Source: an uncultured Verrucomicrobiae bacterium (GTDB lineage Bacteria > Verrucomicrobiota > Verrucomicrobiia > Chthoniobacterales > Chthoniobacteraceae). From it: DNA of 64,000 bases. Below, piece by piece: positions 26,309 through 36,814 of this stretch (its first letter is position 1; each line of letters begins with the position of its first letter). A program made the translations under genes and the position numbers. The DNA lies in contig CAWIKF010000002.1 in assembly GCA_963836755.1 (NCBI GenBank), forward strand, positions 1,472,001-1,536,000, in the 5' to 3' direction. The notes below the pieces were generated by a model that did not search any database, had not been told where the DNA came from, and worked only from the letters and a program-made list of their open reading frames with translations.

Positions 26309-28657
26309 TCAATCGGAGTTCGACGATCTATCAGCCTCCGGCCGCGCATGCGCAAATGAGACAGCTCCGATCGCATTGTCAGGTTTTTCCTCATGGCTTT
26401 CTGCGACCGAGGGCAACCGAAAGTCGAAATATGCACCGCCGCCTTCGGCATTGCCGGCGGTGACTTTTCCGCCATGCGCTTCGATGATGGATCGCACGAT
26501 CGACAATCCCATTCCCAGGCCGTCCTTTCTCGTGGTGTAAAAGTGCTCGAAAAGTCGGTCCTGCATTTCAGCCGAAATGCCGGTGCCATGATCCCGCACA
26601 ATCACCTGCACCGATCCGTTCCCGTCCACTCGCGTCGTGATCTCCACTTTACGCAGCGGGATCGGCGTTTCGCTCATGGCATGGAAGGCATTGACCACGA
26701 GGTTGACCAGCACCTGTTGTATCTGGGTCGGGTCCGCTTCGACAAAGGGGAGACGATCTGCCAGCGAGGTTTCCACCGTGCACGAATAAGCCGCAGCGTC
26801 AGGTCGAAGCATCAGTGCGACATCCGTGACGATTCCGCTCAGATCGATCCGTTCACGCACCGAGCTGCCTTTCTTGATGGCGTTGCGCACACTGAGAATG
26901 ATGTTGTGAGCGCGGCGGCCATCCGCTCCGACATCGGACAAAATCTCGCGCAAGGCCTCGGCTTCGGTTTCGCCGCCGTCGATGAAACGGACGCCGGCGC
27001 TCGCGTTGGTGACGATCGCCGCGAGCGGCTGATTGAGTTCGTGCGCGAGAGAGGCCGTCATTTCGCCAAGCAGACTCGCGCGACCGAGGAGATCGACTTG
27101 CTCGCGCTGCCGCCGCGCTTCTTCCTCCGCCTGCCTGCGCGCAAAAATCGCTTCCTTGCGCTCGGTAATGTCCCGCGAAATGCCGAAGAGCCGCGTCGGT
27201 TCTCCCTCGGCGTTGTTCATGCGGCGGCCTCGTCCGCTGATCCAGCGAACCGTCTTGTCCGGCAGCACGATGCGGTATTCCACTTCGTATTCGCCTTCTC
27301 CGCAAATGGCGCGATCAATCGCGGCGGCTCGCAGCGCGCGGTCCTCGGGATGCACCCGCTCTGAAATCGTCGCGAGATCGACCACCGCGTTGCCATCGAG
27401 ATCAAAAAGTTCGCGCATCTTGCCGGACACCCAAATCTCGCCCGTCGTCGCATTTAATTCCCAGACGCCCAAACGCGCCGCCTCGGCAGCGAGCGCGATG
27501 CGATCCTCGCTTTCGCGCAAAGAATTCTCCGCACGACGCCGACGCAGATGATTGGCAATGAGCGCCGCAATCAAAATTGCCTCGGCGAAAATCACCGTCA
27601 GCGTTCCGACGATCCACCCCGAATATTTCTGCCAGACGCTCGGCGAGCGGAAAAGAATCGTGCTCCCTTTCGGTAAAAGGTCTTCGTCGATCTGCCACCT
27701 CTGCAGCTCTCGCCAATCGTAGCGTGGCGGCAAAGGCCCGATGATCAACGGCGCGAAATTTGACGCCGGTTCACCGCGCAAAATGCGGACTGCGATGCGC
27801 GCCGCTTCCACGCCTTCCGTCTCCGCCTGGTAAAGTCGGCCGCCGATGATTCCCATGCCGAGCTGATGCTGGAAAAGACCGTAGATCGGGGCGTTGGCGA
27901 CCGCGTGGATTTGCCTCAGCACTTCATCGCCGTCGTGCGTCACCCCGCTCGCGTCGCGGATCATCAGCACATCGAGGATGAACGAATGCGGCGGCATTTT
28001 TCTCGTCTGCTGCAAAATGCCGTCGAGCGGCAGATCGCTGAGCCATGTAAAACTGACGCGCTTGTCAAAGAGCTGAAACTCGTTTTTTAGAATCTCGCTC
28101 CATGCGCGTTCGAGTGGAGAGTCGCCGATCACGACGGCGATGTTGTCGGTATCCGGCGCGATTTGCAGGATGTCCTGAACCCACCCGCGAACATCGAATG
28201 ATTCCCCGGCAAACGCAGCGTTGTGCTCGAGGGCACCGGGTGGCAACCGGCGTCGATCCATGCCGGCGTAAAGGATCGGCGTGCGCGGCGGAAAAATTTG
28301 ATCCCGATGCCGCGCCAGAAAGATTCCCGCGGGCGATCCAATCGGCACCACCAGGTCCGGCTGCCATTTCGCCTGACGGGCGCGCAGGAGAGTCACCAGC
28401 GCTTCTTCCATGTCGAGCGACGCATACCGCGCCACATCGAGCGAGACCTCATCCAGATCCACCGGCTCCCCGAGTTTGCTGGTCAGCTCCGTTTCAAACG
28501 CGGTCGAATGGGTGGTGAAAGGCGGCGCGGCGCTTCCGAAGGAATTGATGATGAGAACGCGCTTCGGCGTGGCCGCATTTCCCGAAACAGCCAGCAGAAA
28601 AAACCCGCAGACCAGGGCCGGGAAGACTCCCCGGCAATGTTTTCTGCGCAAAAACAT
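26309..28657 (-). CDS. Membrane sensor histidine kinase (extracytoplasmic sensor, PAS, HisKA, HATPase); start uncertain
   Basis: SLAHELNQPL H-box, QQVLVNLVVNA, VRDHGTG, GLGMGLSI, HPEDR PAS motif, and a TM helix. Confidence 0.93.
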   Translation of the reverse strand: MFLRRKHCRGVFPALVCGFFLLAVSGNAATPKRVLIINSFGSAAPPFTTHSTAFETELTSKLGEPVDLDEVSLDVARYASLDMEEALVTLLRARQAKWQPDLVVPIGSPAGIFLARHRDQIFPPRTPILYAGMDRRRLPPGALEHNAAFAGESFDVRGWVQDILQIAPDTDNIAVVIGDSPLERAWSEILKNEFQLFDKRVSFTWLSDLPLDGILQQTRKMPPHSFILDVLMIRDASGVTHDGDEVLRQIHAVANAPIYGLFQHQLGMGIIGGRLYQAETEGVEAARIAVRILRGEPASNFAPLIIGPLPPRYDWRELQRWQIDEDLLPKGSTILFRSPSVWQKYSGWIVGTLTVIFAEAILIAALIANHLRRRRAENSLRESEDRIALAAEAARLGVWELNATTGEIWVSGKMRELFDLDGNAVVDLATISERVHPEDRALRAAAIDRAICGEGEYEVEYRIVLPDKTVRWISGRGRRMNNAEGEPTRLFGISRDITERKEAIFARRQAEEEARRQREQVDLLGRASLLGEMTASLAHELNQPLAAIVTNASAGVRFIDGGETEAEALREILSDVGADGRRAHNIILSVRNAIKKGSSVRERIDLSGIVTDVALMLRPDAAAYSCTVETSLADRLPFVEADPTQIQQVLVNLVVNAFHAMSETPIPLRKVEITTRVDGNGSVQVIVRDHGTGISAEMQDRLFEHFYTTRKDGLGMGLSIVRSIIEAHGGKVTAGNAEGGGAYFDFRLPSVAESHEEKPDNAIGAVSFAHARPEADRSSNSD

Positions 28658-28800
28658 TGCTCCACGTCTGACTCCGCGCAGAACGCGAGTCAATGTTTCT
28701 CCGGAGGTTTCAGCGATTGTGATTACACTCCTTGTCAAAAAAGGCGCGAGCGTTCGAGCTCTCGCCCGATTAAATGGTCTGTTTACGGTTGACGAGTTAA

Positions 28801-30042
28801 TTACACGAACCGCTCCGGCTGTCCGGTCGCGGCGAGGACGGAGCGCCACCAACCGCTACCGGGGTCGAGGCGCTTCTTATGTTTGGCGAGAAGCGCGATC
28901 GGCACGTGGATGAAACGCTCGTGCAGAAATCCGATGACGACGCCGGTCTTGCCCGCCATCGCCGCGTGGACGGCGTAACGCGAGAAAAGATCGCACAGCA
29001 CCGCATCCTCGCAATTCGCGGGGCGGCTTCGGATTTGATAACTGGGATCAAAGTAGCGTAGCACGACCGGCATCCCTTCGGCTTCGAAAAACGCCTCGAT
29101 CTTCTCGCGCAAAAACGGGCCGATGTCCTGCAGCTTCACATTGCCGGACGCATCGCGCGAACCGGCATCGGCGGCGAGCAAGTCCTGACCCGCGCCTTCC
29201 GCCACGGCGATCACGGCATGCGGTTTCGTCTTCATCCGCTGCTTCAGCGCGGCGAGAAATGGGTCGAGCTTGAACGGAACTTCGGGCACGAGAGCAATGT
29301 TCACATCTTGACTCGCGACGACTGCGCCCGCGGTGACGAAGCCCGCGTGCCGGCCCATGAGTTTCACGAGTCCGATGCCGTTCCGAACGCTTCGCGCCTC
29401 GGTGTGTGCGCAGTCGAGCACGCGCGCCGCTTCCTCGATTGCAGTCATAAAACCAAACGTGCGCGAGACAAAGCCGACGTCGTTATCAATCGTCTTCGGC
29501 ACGCCGACGACCGACAGCGCGTGGCCGCGTTTGCGCGCTTCCTGGAAGAGATCATTGCCACCGCGCTGCGTTCCATCGCCGCCGACGGTGAAGAGAATAT
29601 TGACGCCACGCGCGATCAGGTTATCGACCGCGCGGCAAATATCCACCGGCCCGCGCGAAGAGCCGAGAATCGTCCCGCCTTTTTGATGAATGCCGTCGAT
29701 GAACTGCGGCGTGATGACGACCGGCTCCACGCCGCAATCCGGATCGAGTCCGCTGTAGCCGCCGCGAAATCCGAGCACCTCGGCGACGCCGTAGCCGTAA
29801 TGCAATTCGAGAAAGAGCGAGCGGATGACGTTGTTGAGCCCCGGGCATAAGCCGCCGCACGTGACGATGGCCGCGCGCGTTTGCTCGGGATTAAAAAAGA
29901 TCTTCTCGCGCGGCCCGGAGAGCTCGAATTGCAGGCCCGGATCGGCGCCGATTTCGATGTGCTCGGGGATGCGAACCTCATCGCCAATCGTATGAGATTT
30001 GCCAGAATCGAAACGAGGTTCGCCGAGAGTGGATGTTTCCAT
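28801..30042 (-). CDS. pfkA: 6-phosphofructokinase (PfkA family)
   Basis: TCGGLCPGLN, GGTILGSSRG, GGDGT, PKTIDND, LMGRHAG. Confidence 0.93.
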   Translation of the reverse strand: METSTLGEPRFDSGKSHTIGDEVRIPEHIEIGADPGLQFELSGPREKIFFNPEQTRAAIVTCGGLCPGLNNVIRSLFLELHYGYGVAEVLGFRGGYSGLDPDCGVEPVVITPQFIDGIHQKGGTILGSSRGPVDICRAVDNLIARGVNILFTVGGDGTQRGGNDLFQEARKRGHALSVVGVPKTIDNDVGFVSRTFGFMTAIEEAARVLDCAHTEARSVRNGIGLVKLMGRHAGFVTAGAVVASQDVNIALVPEVPFKLDPFLAALKQRMKTKPHAVIAVAEGAGQDLLAADAGSRDASGNVKLQDIGPFLREKIEAFFEAEGMPVVLRYFDPSYQIRSRPANCEDAVLCDLFSRYAVHAAMAGKTGVVIGFLHERFIHVPIALLAKHKKRLDPGSGWWRSVLAATGQPERFV

Positions 30043-30086
30043 GGGCAGCTGCGTGCACGGTGCCCGCTTCTGCGTCCGCGGGTCTA

Positions 30087-30102
30087 TCAGACTTAGGTCT
30101 TA
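30087..30102 (-). promoter_or_regulatory. Palindromic box 8
   Basis: TCAGAC-TTAG-GTCTTA, 45 nt upstream of pfk. Confidence 0.8.
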
Positions 30103-30254
30103 TTTCGGAAGCCACACGGCATAAAGTTCAGTGCTGGGATACATCGGTGGAATCCGATCCTCTTCCGTCCACCCGAGCGGCATCGTCCTCCGCAATCGCT
30201 CCCGGATGCGCCGCGGTGCAACTCACTACGGACGAACTTCCCAAGTCGCTAGCC

Positions 30255-31271
30255 ATGATGTGCGCCACGCTCGAATCGACCACGGACGCGATCGTGATCA
30301 TCGACGAGCACGACCATGTGACCGGCCACGATGAAAGATTTGTAAAGCTGTGGCGGGTCCCGGCCGAAATCATGAAGTCGGGGGATGCCGCCAGGCTGCG
30401 GGAAGGAGCCGCGCCCGGCTTGCCGGCGGAATACAATGAGGTTCGGCCTTGGAGCGTGCTGCTCGACGCCGGATCTTTTCCAGTTCCCGGACACTGCTCG
30501 GAACGGTGGCGATGTATTATCCCGACTCGCACGAACCAGGTCCGCACGATCGGGAATTGACCCGAATGGCAACGCATCTTGCGGGCATCGTCATTGCGAG
30601 AGATCGGGCGAAGGAACAACCGCGCGCTGCCAAAGCCGCAGCGGAGACTCGCGCGGGGGAAATCAGTTGCCTACGATCAACAGTATCGGTTCGCTTTCTA
30701 CCTGCTCGACGTTTTCGGCCACGGCGTGAAATCCGCGCTCATGGCCGTGTCAATCCTCGACACCTTGCGCACGCACAACCTGACGCGAATTGGTTGGAAT
30801 GATCCGAGCACAGTGCTTTCCGCACTCAATGAAACCTACCTGTCGCCATGCACCGGGCGCTCGTATTTTACCATCTGGTATGGAGTTTTCGATCGTGCCA
30901 CTGGGCAGTTGCGCTATGCGGCCGGTGGACATCCGCCCGCTGTGGTCCACGGTGCGCCGCGCGGTAATCCGCGTCTGCCTGCCAGCGGGCGGCCGGTGGG
31001 TTGCTTTGCCGACGCGGAATTTCCGACCGTGGAGATGCAGCTAGATCTGCCGGCTGATTTGTATCTTTTCTCCAGTGGAGTATTCGAAACACGCCGCCAT
31101 TCGGATGGGAAAGCGCTGGACGGATTGGTTGACTTTCTTCTCGAACCTCCCCACGGCCACGGCCGATCTGTGGAAGAAATCCGCAACCACGCCTTCAAGT
31201 TCCTCCTCGGCGCGTCGCCACCGGACGATTGCTCTGTATTAAAAGTCTCCTTCGGTCCGTCCGGCGGCTAG
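30255..31271 (+). pseudogene. Fragmented PAS/GAF/SpoIIE (PP2C) phosphatase gene
   Basis: PAS (LESTTDAIVIID), GAF (GTVAMYY) and PP2C (DVFGHG, AGGHPP, DDCS) pieces lie in different frames. FSSG replaces the catalytic FSDG. Confidence 0.72.
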
Positions 31272-31290
31272 TCGATTTTTTTCCGACCCT

Positions 31291-32964
31291 TCAACGGAAA
31301 AGCAAAATCGCCAGCAGCTGTGCGCAGAGAATGCGCAGCAAAGTCGTGAGCGGAAAAACCGTGGCGTAGGCCACGGTCGATGCGTCTGTTTTCGAGATGT
31401 TCGCCGCGAAGGCAAGCGCGGGAGGATCGGTCATGCTGCCCGCGAGAAGGCCGCAGAGTTCGACGAAGTTCATCTTCAAAAGGACGCGGGCAAAAATCCC
31501 GACGAGCAGGATCGGCAGCATCGTCACGCACCCGCCGGCGAGCAACCATTGCACCCCGGTGGCGCTGAATACCGTTGCGAAAAATTTCGCGCCGGCACCG
31601 AGTCCGACGGCGGCAAAGAAGATGGCGATCCCGAATTCGCGGAAGGCGAGGTTCGTGTTCACCGGCATGTGCCAGACCTGCCGGCCGATGCGGCCGACGC
31701 GTCCGAGGATGAGCGCGACGATGAGCGGACCGCCGGCGAGCCCGAGCTTGATCGGCTGCGGCAGACCTGGAAACGGGATCGGCAGCGTGCCGAGCACCAC
31801 GCCGAGTCCGATGCCGATGAAGAAGGGAATGAAGTGCGTTTCGTTCAGTTCCTTCAGCGAGTTCCCAACAGCACGCGCGGCTTTGTTGAGATCCTCGTCG
31901 GTGCCGACGATCTGCATCTGGTCGCCGAATTGCAGGCGGAGGCCGGGCACAGCAGACATCTCCATGTCTGCGCGGGTGATCCGAGTGACGGCAACGCCGA
32001 AGCGGCCGTCGAGATCAATTTCGCCCACCGTCTTTCCAAGCATGTTGCGATCGGTCACGACGACTCGGCGGGCGGTGACGCCGGTTTCAGCAAGGACGAG
32101 ATCTTCGTCGCTGCGACCGCCGATAATGCGCTCGAACTCGTCGATACTGGCGCGCGTTCCAACGACAGAGAGGCGGTCGTCGCGATAGATCATCGTCGCA
32201 TCAGTAGCCACACGCGTTTCGTCGCCATGGCGGATTCGGGAAATGGTCACCGGCGATTCAAGTCGGCCGGGGATGCCGTCAAGACGGACGCCTTCAAGAT
32301 GTGCATGGGCAACGACGAGTGTGCGCCGCTCGAGCGCTTCCACCTTGCGATGATTCTTCGCTGCAAATTCCGCCGCTTCCTGCTGCGGATCTATTCGAAA
32401 GATTTCCTTCAGAAGCAGCAGCGTGCCGATGATTCCGATGATGGCGGTGGGATACGTCACTGCGTAAGCCATTGCCGGCAGCTCCAGCCGGTCGGGCGTG
32501 ATTCCCGGCATGGTGCCAAGCGTCTGTGTCCCGGCACCAAGCGAGGGTGTGTTCGTCGAGGCGCCGGAAAAAATCCCGAGCACTGCCGCCGAGTCGAAGC
32601 CCGCGACCCAGCCGATGAGCGGAGCACCCACCGCCCCGAGCACGACGACCGCCGCGGCCAGGACGTTCATCTTCACCCCTTGGTGCCGCAGTGCCGCGAA
32701 AAAGCCGGGGCCGAGCTGCAGCCCGATGGTGAAGACAAACAGGATCAGTCCGAATTCTTTGACGAAATGCAGCGTGTGCTCATCGACCTGCTCGCCAAAG
32801 TGCCCCACGAGAATCCCCGCAAAGAGCACTCCTGCTGTGCCGAGCCCGATGCCGCGAAATTTGAAACTCCCCAGCGTCATCCCCAGCACGCAGACAAACG
32901 AGAGCATGCCAACGGTGTGCGCGATTGGCTGAGTTGTGGAAAGTTCGGAAAGCCAGTGGAACAT
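31291..32964 (-). CDS. AspT/YidE/YbjL family antiporter with TrkA-C domains
   Basis: EFGLILFVFTIGLQLGPGFF, GASTNTPSL, GSMTDPPAL. Confidence 0.92.
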   Translation of the reverse strand: MFHWLSELSTTQPIAHTVGMLSFVCVLGMTLGSFKFRGIGLGTAGVLFAGILVGHFGEQVDEHTLHFVKEFGLILFVFTIGLQLGPGFFAALRHQGVKMNVLAAAVVVLGAVGAPLIGWVAGFDSAAVLGIFSGASTNTPSLGAGTQTLGTMPGITPDRLELPAMAYAVTYPTAIIGIIGTLLLLKEIFRIDPQQEAAEFAAKNHRKVEALERRTLVVAHAHLEGVRLDGIPGRLESPVTISRIRHGDETRVATDATMIYRDDRLSVVGTRASIDEFERIIGGRSDEDLVLAETGVTARRVVVTDRNMLGKTVGEIDLDGRFGVAVTRITRADMEMSAVPGLRLQFGDQMQIVGTDEDLNKAARAVGNSLKELNETHFIPFFIGIGLGVVLGTLPIPFPGLPQPIKLGLAGGPLIVALILGRVGRIGRQVWHMPVNTNLAFREFGIAIFFAAVGLGAGAKFFATVFSATGVQWLLAGGCVTMLPILLVGIFARVLLKMNFVELCGLLAGSMTDPPALAFAANISKTDASTVAYATVFPLTTLLRILCAQLLAILLFR

Positions 32965-32978
32965 AGGGCGCGAGTGAT

Positions 32979-33988
32979 TTAAAAGAGCCACTCGATTGGC
33001 AACCAGCTGATCACCGTGGACATAATTTTCTTCATCTCGCTCGCCTTTGGCTCGGAGGTATAACGCACTTCCCTCCCGTTTTCCTGCGTCACCCAGACGA
33101 GACAGTTGTGGTCGAGTTTCACGCGATATGCGTTGTGCGAGAGATCGGTTTCCGTCTGCTCGGGCAGACGCTTCGCCACCGCGGGGCAATCGAAGACGAC
33201 GCCCATCTCCGTGTTCAGCTTGCTTGAGCGCGGATCGAGATTGTAGAAGCCGATGAAGCCGATCTGGCGGTCAAAGGCGAACGTTTTTGCATGCAATCCT
33301 CCGATGCTCGATCCAGCGGGCTGGCGGAAGCGCCGCGTCGGTTGCGCGCCGGCGGTTGGTTGATCTCGTAGAGCTCGATCCCCGCCTCGACGAGCGGCTT
33401 GCGGTAAAGTTGGTATTTGGCGTGGACATGCGCCCCGTCGCTGGAAGCGAGTGAGTTGGTGATTACGACGACTCGCACGCCGCGCTGATGCACACCCGCC
33501 AGAAGCTCGACCCCCTCTTTACCCGGCACGAAGTAAGGCGAAATCAGGAACAGCTCGCGCTTCGTTTTATTCGCGAGCCCGCGCAAATACGGAGCGAGAT
33601 GCATCTCCGTCTGCCTGGCGGAGGTTACCACTTTGTCCGGATTGTCGGCTACAATCGTTGCCTTACCCCACAAAAACGGAACATCGCGGTTTCTGATCTG
33701 TCGGAAAAATTCACTGTCGCGCAGGCTTTCGGCGTAGGCAGAAGCTTGCATGGTTTCGTGGTGCGCGATGAGGGCCGCCCTCTGCGCGGCGAACTGCTCA
33801 GGCGTCGAGTTGTGTTTAGCCAGCGCGGTGATTGGTATCGCCGATTCGTTATTCCAATAAAGGTCGAATTCGTCCGATACTTCCTTCACCACCGGTCCAA
33901 TAACCGCCACGTCGAGGTCGGCGTAATTCATCTTCACGTTCGCGTCGGTGAGCAGAATGGCTGCGCACTGCAGGAAAGGCCAGTTCAT
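32979..33988 (-). pseudogene. Phospholipase D / cardiolipin synthase (ClsC-like), 5'-truncated and frameshifted
   Basis: SPYFVPG, TNSLAS, HAK....D and NLDPRS..LNTE are split over two frames; the first HKD motif is missing. Confidence 0.8.
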
Positions 33989-34032
33989 GAAGTCAAAGTC
34001 GGACGATCACCGAATGGCGTAAGCGCAGACCA

Positions 34033-34048
34033 TTGGACTTTGGTCCCA
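34033..34048 (-). promoter_or_regulatory. Palindromic box 9
   Basis: TTGGAC-TTTG-GTCCCA. Confidence 0.75.
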
Positions 34049-34088
34049 TCGACGCACGTGGCGATCGAGGACTTGGGCGCATCGAACA

Positions 34089-35711
34089 TCAGTGGGATGC
34101 GTGCGCTTTCAGAATTTGCAGCACGTCGGCGATCGCCTGCGGGTTCTGGTGCGCGCCGTGATTGGAGGGGACGATGTGCTCGCTCTTTGCACCGTCCATG
34201 TGCGAACTCCAATATGGGACGACGCCGTCGCTCGAGTTCGGCGAATCGCCACGGCCGCGGTCGCCAATGATGGTGTCGTAACGCACGCCGGGCGTGATCG
34301 GGAGCGTATTGACTGCTTTCACAAACCGGCTGTCGGGCGAAAGCGTATCCAGGCTGTTGGCGCGGCGTTTCGGCCTCAACTCTTTTTCGCGGACGCTCGT
34401 CAATTGCAGCATTTCTCGGCTCGCCTGCGATGCAACGCGCGCTGGCCGAATGATGCCGGCGACGAGGCGACCGAACCAGCCCCTCGCGAGATCCGCTCCT
34501 CGCAGCGGGGATGAGATGAAAATCACGCGACCGATTTCCGGCCGGTGGCGAAAATATAATTCGTCCTGAAAATATGCTCGTGTGTGCGGCGAGAGCGGAA
34601 CCTGATCGAGTGGCTTGCCGAAGATCTGCTTGCAAAGCTCATCGCCACTGTCGGTGATCAGAAGCCGGCTTATGCATCCGCCCATGCTGTGCCCGATGAC
34701 GACCATCGGCTTCGGCGCGGGGTAACGCTTTTCCACGGCGTCGAGTTCGTGGCGCAGGATGGCAGCGGAATACGGATAGGGATAGCCGCTCGGATAGCTG
34801 TAGAACCAAAACTGGTAATGCTTTCGGATCGCGGGATCGCCGCGGAGCTTGTTGATCATTGGCGTCCACGTGGCTTGCGAATCCATCAGCCCGTGAATCA
34901 CAAGCACGATAGTTTTGTCCGGATCGTAGGGTTGGAGCCGCTCGATGGCTGCAGTGTTCGCATATTTCTCCGGGTTTAAGACGCGCCAGATCTCGTATTT
35001 TTTCGGATCAGTTTGCTGGAGCATCACCGCCAGAGGCACAGTAAAATCTGCTGCGAGCGGGAAGGTGTGGCCTTTGAGCGTGACGGTTTCCTCGTCGAGC
35101 GGGTCGTGAAACGAGAGGACGCATCGACGACCCTCAAAGCGGGCGACCGCGGTCTCGCAGCGGAAGATGCGGGAGGGGATGAAGCTTTCTCGGCGGCCCT
35201 TGGTCATCGTATTGCGTTCCACCGCCACGAGCGGCGCGCCGACGCCGTCGCGCGTGGTGCGCTCGGTCACGTATTTGCCGTTGACGTCAAACTGATCGGC
35301 CGGCGTGAAATCAAAGAGCGCGGGGTTCCACTCCGGCCGCGGGTCGGGCAGATCCGAGAGCACATAATCGCCGTGATCGCTGGGGACCGTGAGCGGCTTC
35401 GTCCAGGCGTCGAGCTTTGATTTTTTAATGATCTCAAAGATCCGACCGAGAGCGAAATTATAGTCACGCTGGGCGGTGGCGCTTCCGAGATCGCGTGATG
35501 TAGTTTCGAGCGCCTCCACGCACTCGCCAAGCGCCGGAAGGGGATCGCTTCGTTCCCGCCGTGAAGCTTGAGTGATCTGCTTTTCCGCGGATGCAAGCGG
35601 TTCTGGGCCCGAAGGTCCTTGGAGCACCGGGCGCTTCGGCGTTACCTCCGCATACTGCGCACAACCGCCGAACACAATTGCCGCCGCCAGCGCACAAACA
35701 ATCGCGCGCAT
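34089..35711 (-). CDS. Alpha/beta-hydrolase (lipase/esterase-like) lipoprotein, paralog A
   Basis: FGGC lipobox, IHGL, GHSMGG, SDGVVPYWS, C-terminal His. Confidence 0.9.
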   Translation of the reverse strand: MRAIVCALAAAIVFGGCAQYAEVTPKRPVLQGPSGPEPLASAEKQITQASRRERSDPLPALGECVEALETTSRDLGSATAQRDYNFALGRIFEIIKKSKLDAWTKPLTVPSDHGDYVLSDLPDPRPEWNPALFDFTPADQFDVNGKYVTERTTRDGVGAPLVAVERNTMTKGRRESFIPSRIFRCETAVARFEGRRCVLSFHDPLDEETVTLKGHTFPLAADFTVPLAVMLQQTDPKKYEIWRVLNPEKYANTAAIERLQPYDPDKTIVLVIHGLMDSQATWTPMINKLRGDPAIRKHYQFWFYSYPSGYPYPYSAAILRHELDAVEKRYPAPKPMVVIGHSMGGCISRLLITDSGDELCKQIFGKPLDQVPLSPHTRAYFQDELYFRHRPEIGRVIFISSPLRGADLARGWFGRLVAGIIRPARVASQASREMLQLTSVREKELRPKRRANSLDTLSPDSRFVKAVNTLPITPGVRYDTIIGDRGRGDSPNSSDGVVPYWSSHMDGAKSEHIVPSNHGAHQNPQAIADVLQILKAHASH

Positions 35712-35719
35712 CCTGAGCT

Positions 35720-36718
35720 TTAGCTTTCCATCACCGGCACGTTGCGACGGCGCACCACCGGTTCATCAGTGATGATCACGGTCGTGCCGGGCGTGATGGC
35801 GTCGTAGACTTTTCCCGCGAATTCCGGGTTCACGTGCAGGCGCGAGGCAATGTCCTCGGGATCGGCGCGGCGGCCGCTGCTCGTCACGCTGAGCCAACGC
35901 CGCCCTTCGCGTCCCGGCGCGAGTGAGCTCCGGCGGCCTGTTGTGCCTTCGAGCAGCGAGAAAACCTGGTTGCCGAGCGCACCGTGCCCGCTGACTTCCA
36001 CCGCCGCGCGCCCAATTGGATTGCCGTTACGATAGACATAGATCGCTCTGTCTGCTGAGCTGACCACAATGGTGATCGGTCCGGTGGTGCTGCGCTCCGG
36101 ATTCCAGTCGTAGCCGTTCTTCGCGAGCGGACGCAGCATCTCGGGCTTGAAATCTTTTGGTGCAAGCACAAGACCGGGATTTGATGCGAAATGCGGGACC
36201 GGCACTTTGCCGTCACCGACGACTACCGTGCCGCCTTTCGCCGTCACGCCGAAGAGCAGCTTTGCAAAATCATAAGGCATCCGGATGCAACCGTGACTCG
36301 CCGGGTAGCCGGGCAAATTGCCCGAGTGCATCGCGATGCCGGTCCACGTGAGCCGCTGCATCATCGGCATTGGTGCATTATCGTATTTCTTCGAGCGGTG
36401 CGTCTGCTTTTTCTCAAGAATGGAAAATACACCACCCGGCGTGGCGTGACCCTTTGATCCTGTGCTCACCGTCGTGCGTCCGATGAGGATGCCATTGCGA
36501 TAGACGTGCATGACTTGCTCCGGCACGCTCACCAGCACTACGACCGGTCCATTCGGCGAGAGCTGCGGCTTCCACCAATATTCTCCGGGCCTGAGGCTGC
36601 CGGTGGGCTTGCCCGTAGGCGTGCCCTGTGTGTGGAACGACGGTTTTTCCATCGCCTGCGCGGTGGTGAACAACGTGAGCAAACTGATGTAAGTGGCGAA
36701 TGTGCGCAGGTGCTTCAT
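35720..36718 (-). CDS. L,D-transpeptidase (YkuD) family protein
   Basis: GIAMHSG..PGYPASHGCIRM motif; signal peptide. Confidence 0.92.
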   Translation of the reverse strand: MKHLRTFATYISLLTLFTTAQAMEKPSFHTQGTPTGKPTGSLRPGEYWWKPQLSPNGPVVVLVSVPEQVMHVYRNGILIGRTTVSTGSKGHATPGGVFSILEKKQTHRSKKYDNAPMPMMQRLTWTGIAMHSGNLPGYPASHGCIRMPYDFAKLLFGVTAKGGTVVVGDGKVPVPHFASNPGLVLAPKDFKPEMLRPLAKNGYDWNPERSTTGPITIVVSSADRAIYVYRNGNPIGRAAVEVSGHGALGNQVFSLLEGTTGRRSSLAPGREGRRWLSVTSSGRRADPEDIASRLHVNPEFAGKVYDAITPGTTVIITDEPVVRRRNVPVMES

Positions 36719-36766
36719 AGTGGTTTTGGAATGCGTGAGGAAAGCTTGGCAGCGCGAGGGCGGGAA

Positions 36767-36782
36767 TAGGACGTTCGTCTCA
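36767..36782 (-). promoter_or_regulatory. Palindromic box 10
   Basis: TAGGAC-GTTC-GTCTCA. Confidence 0.72.
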
Positions 36783-36814
36783 TGCTGTGCTAATACGGCC
36801 GACGAATCTGACGC

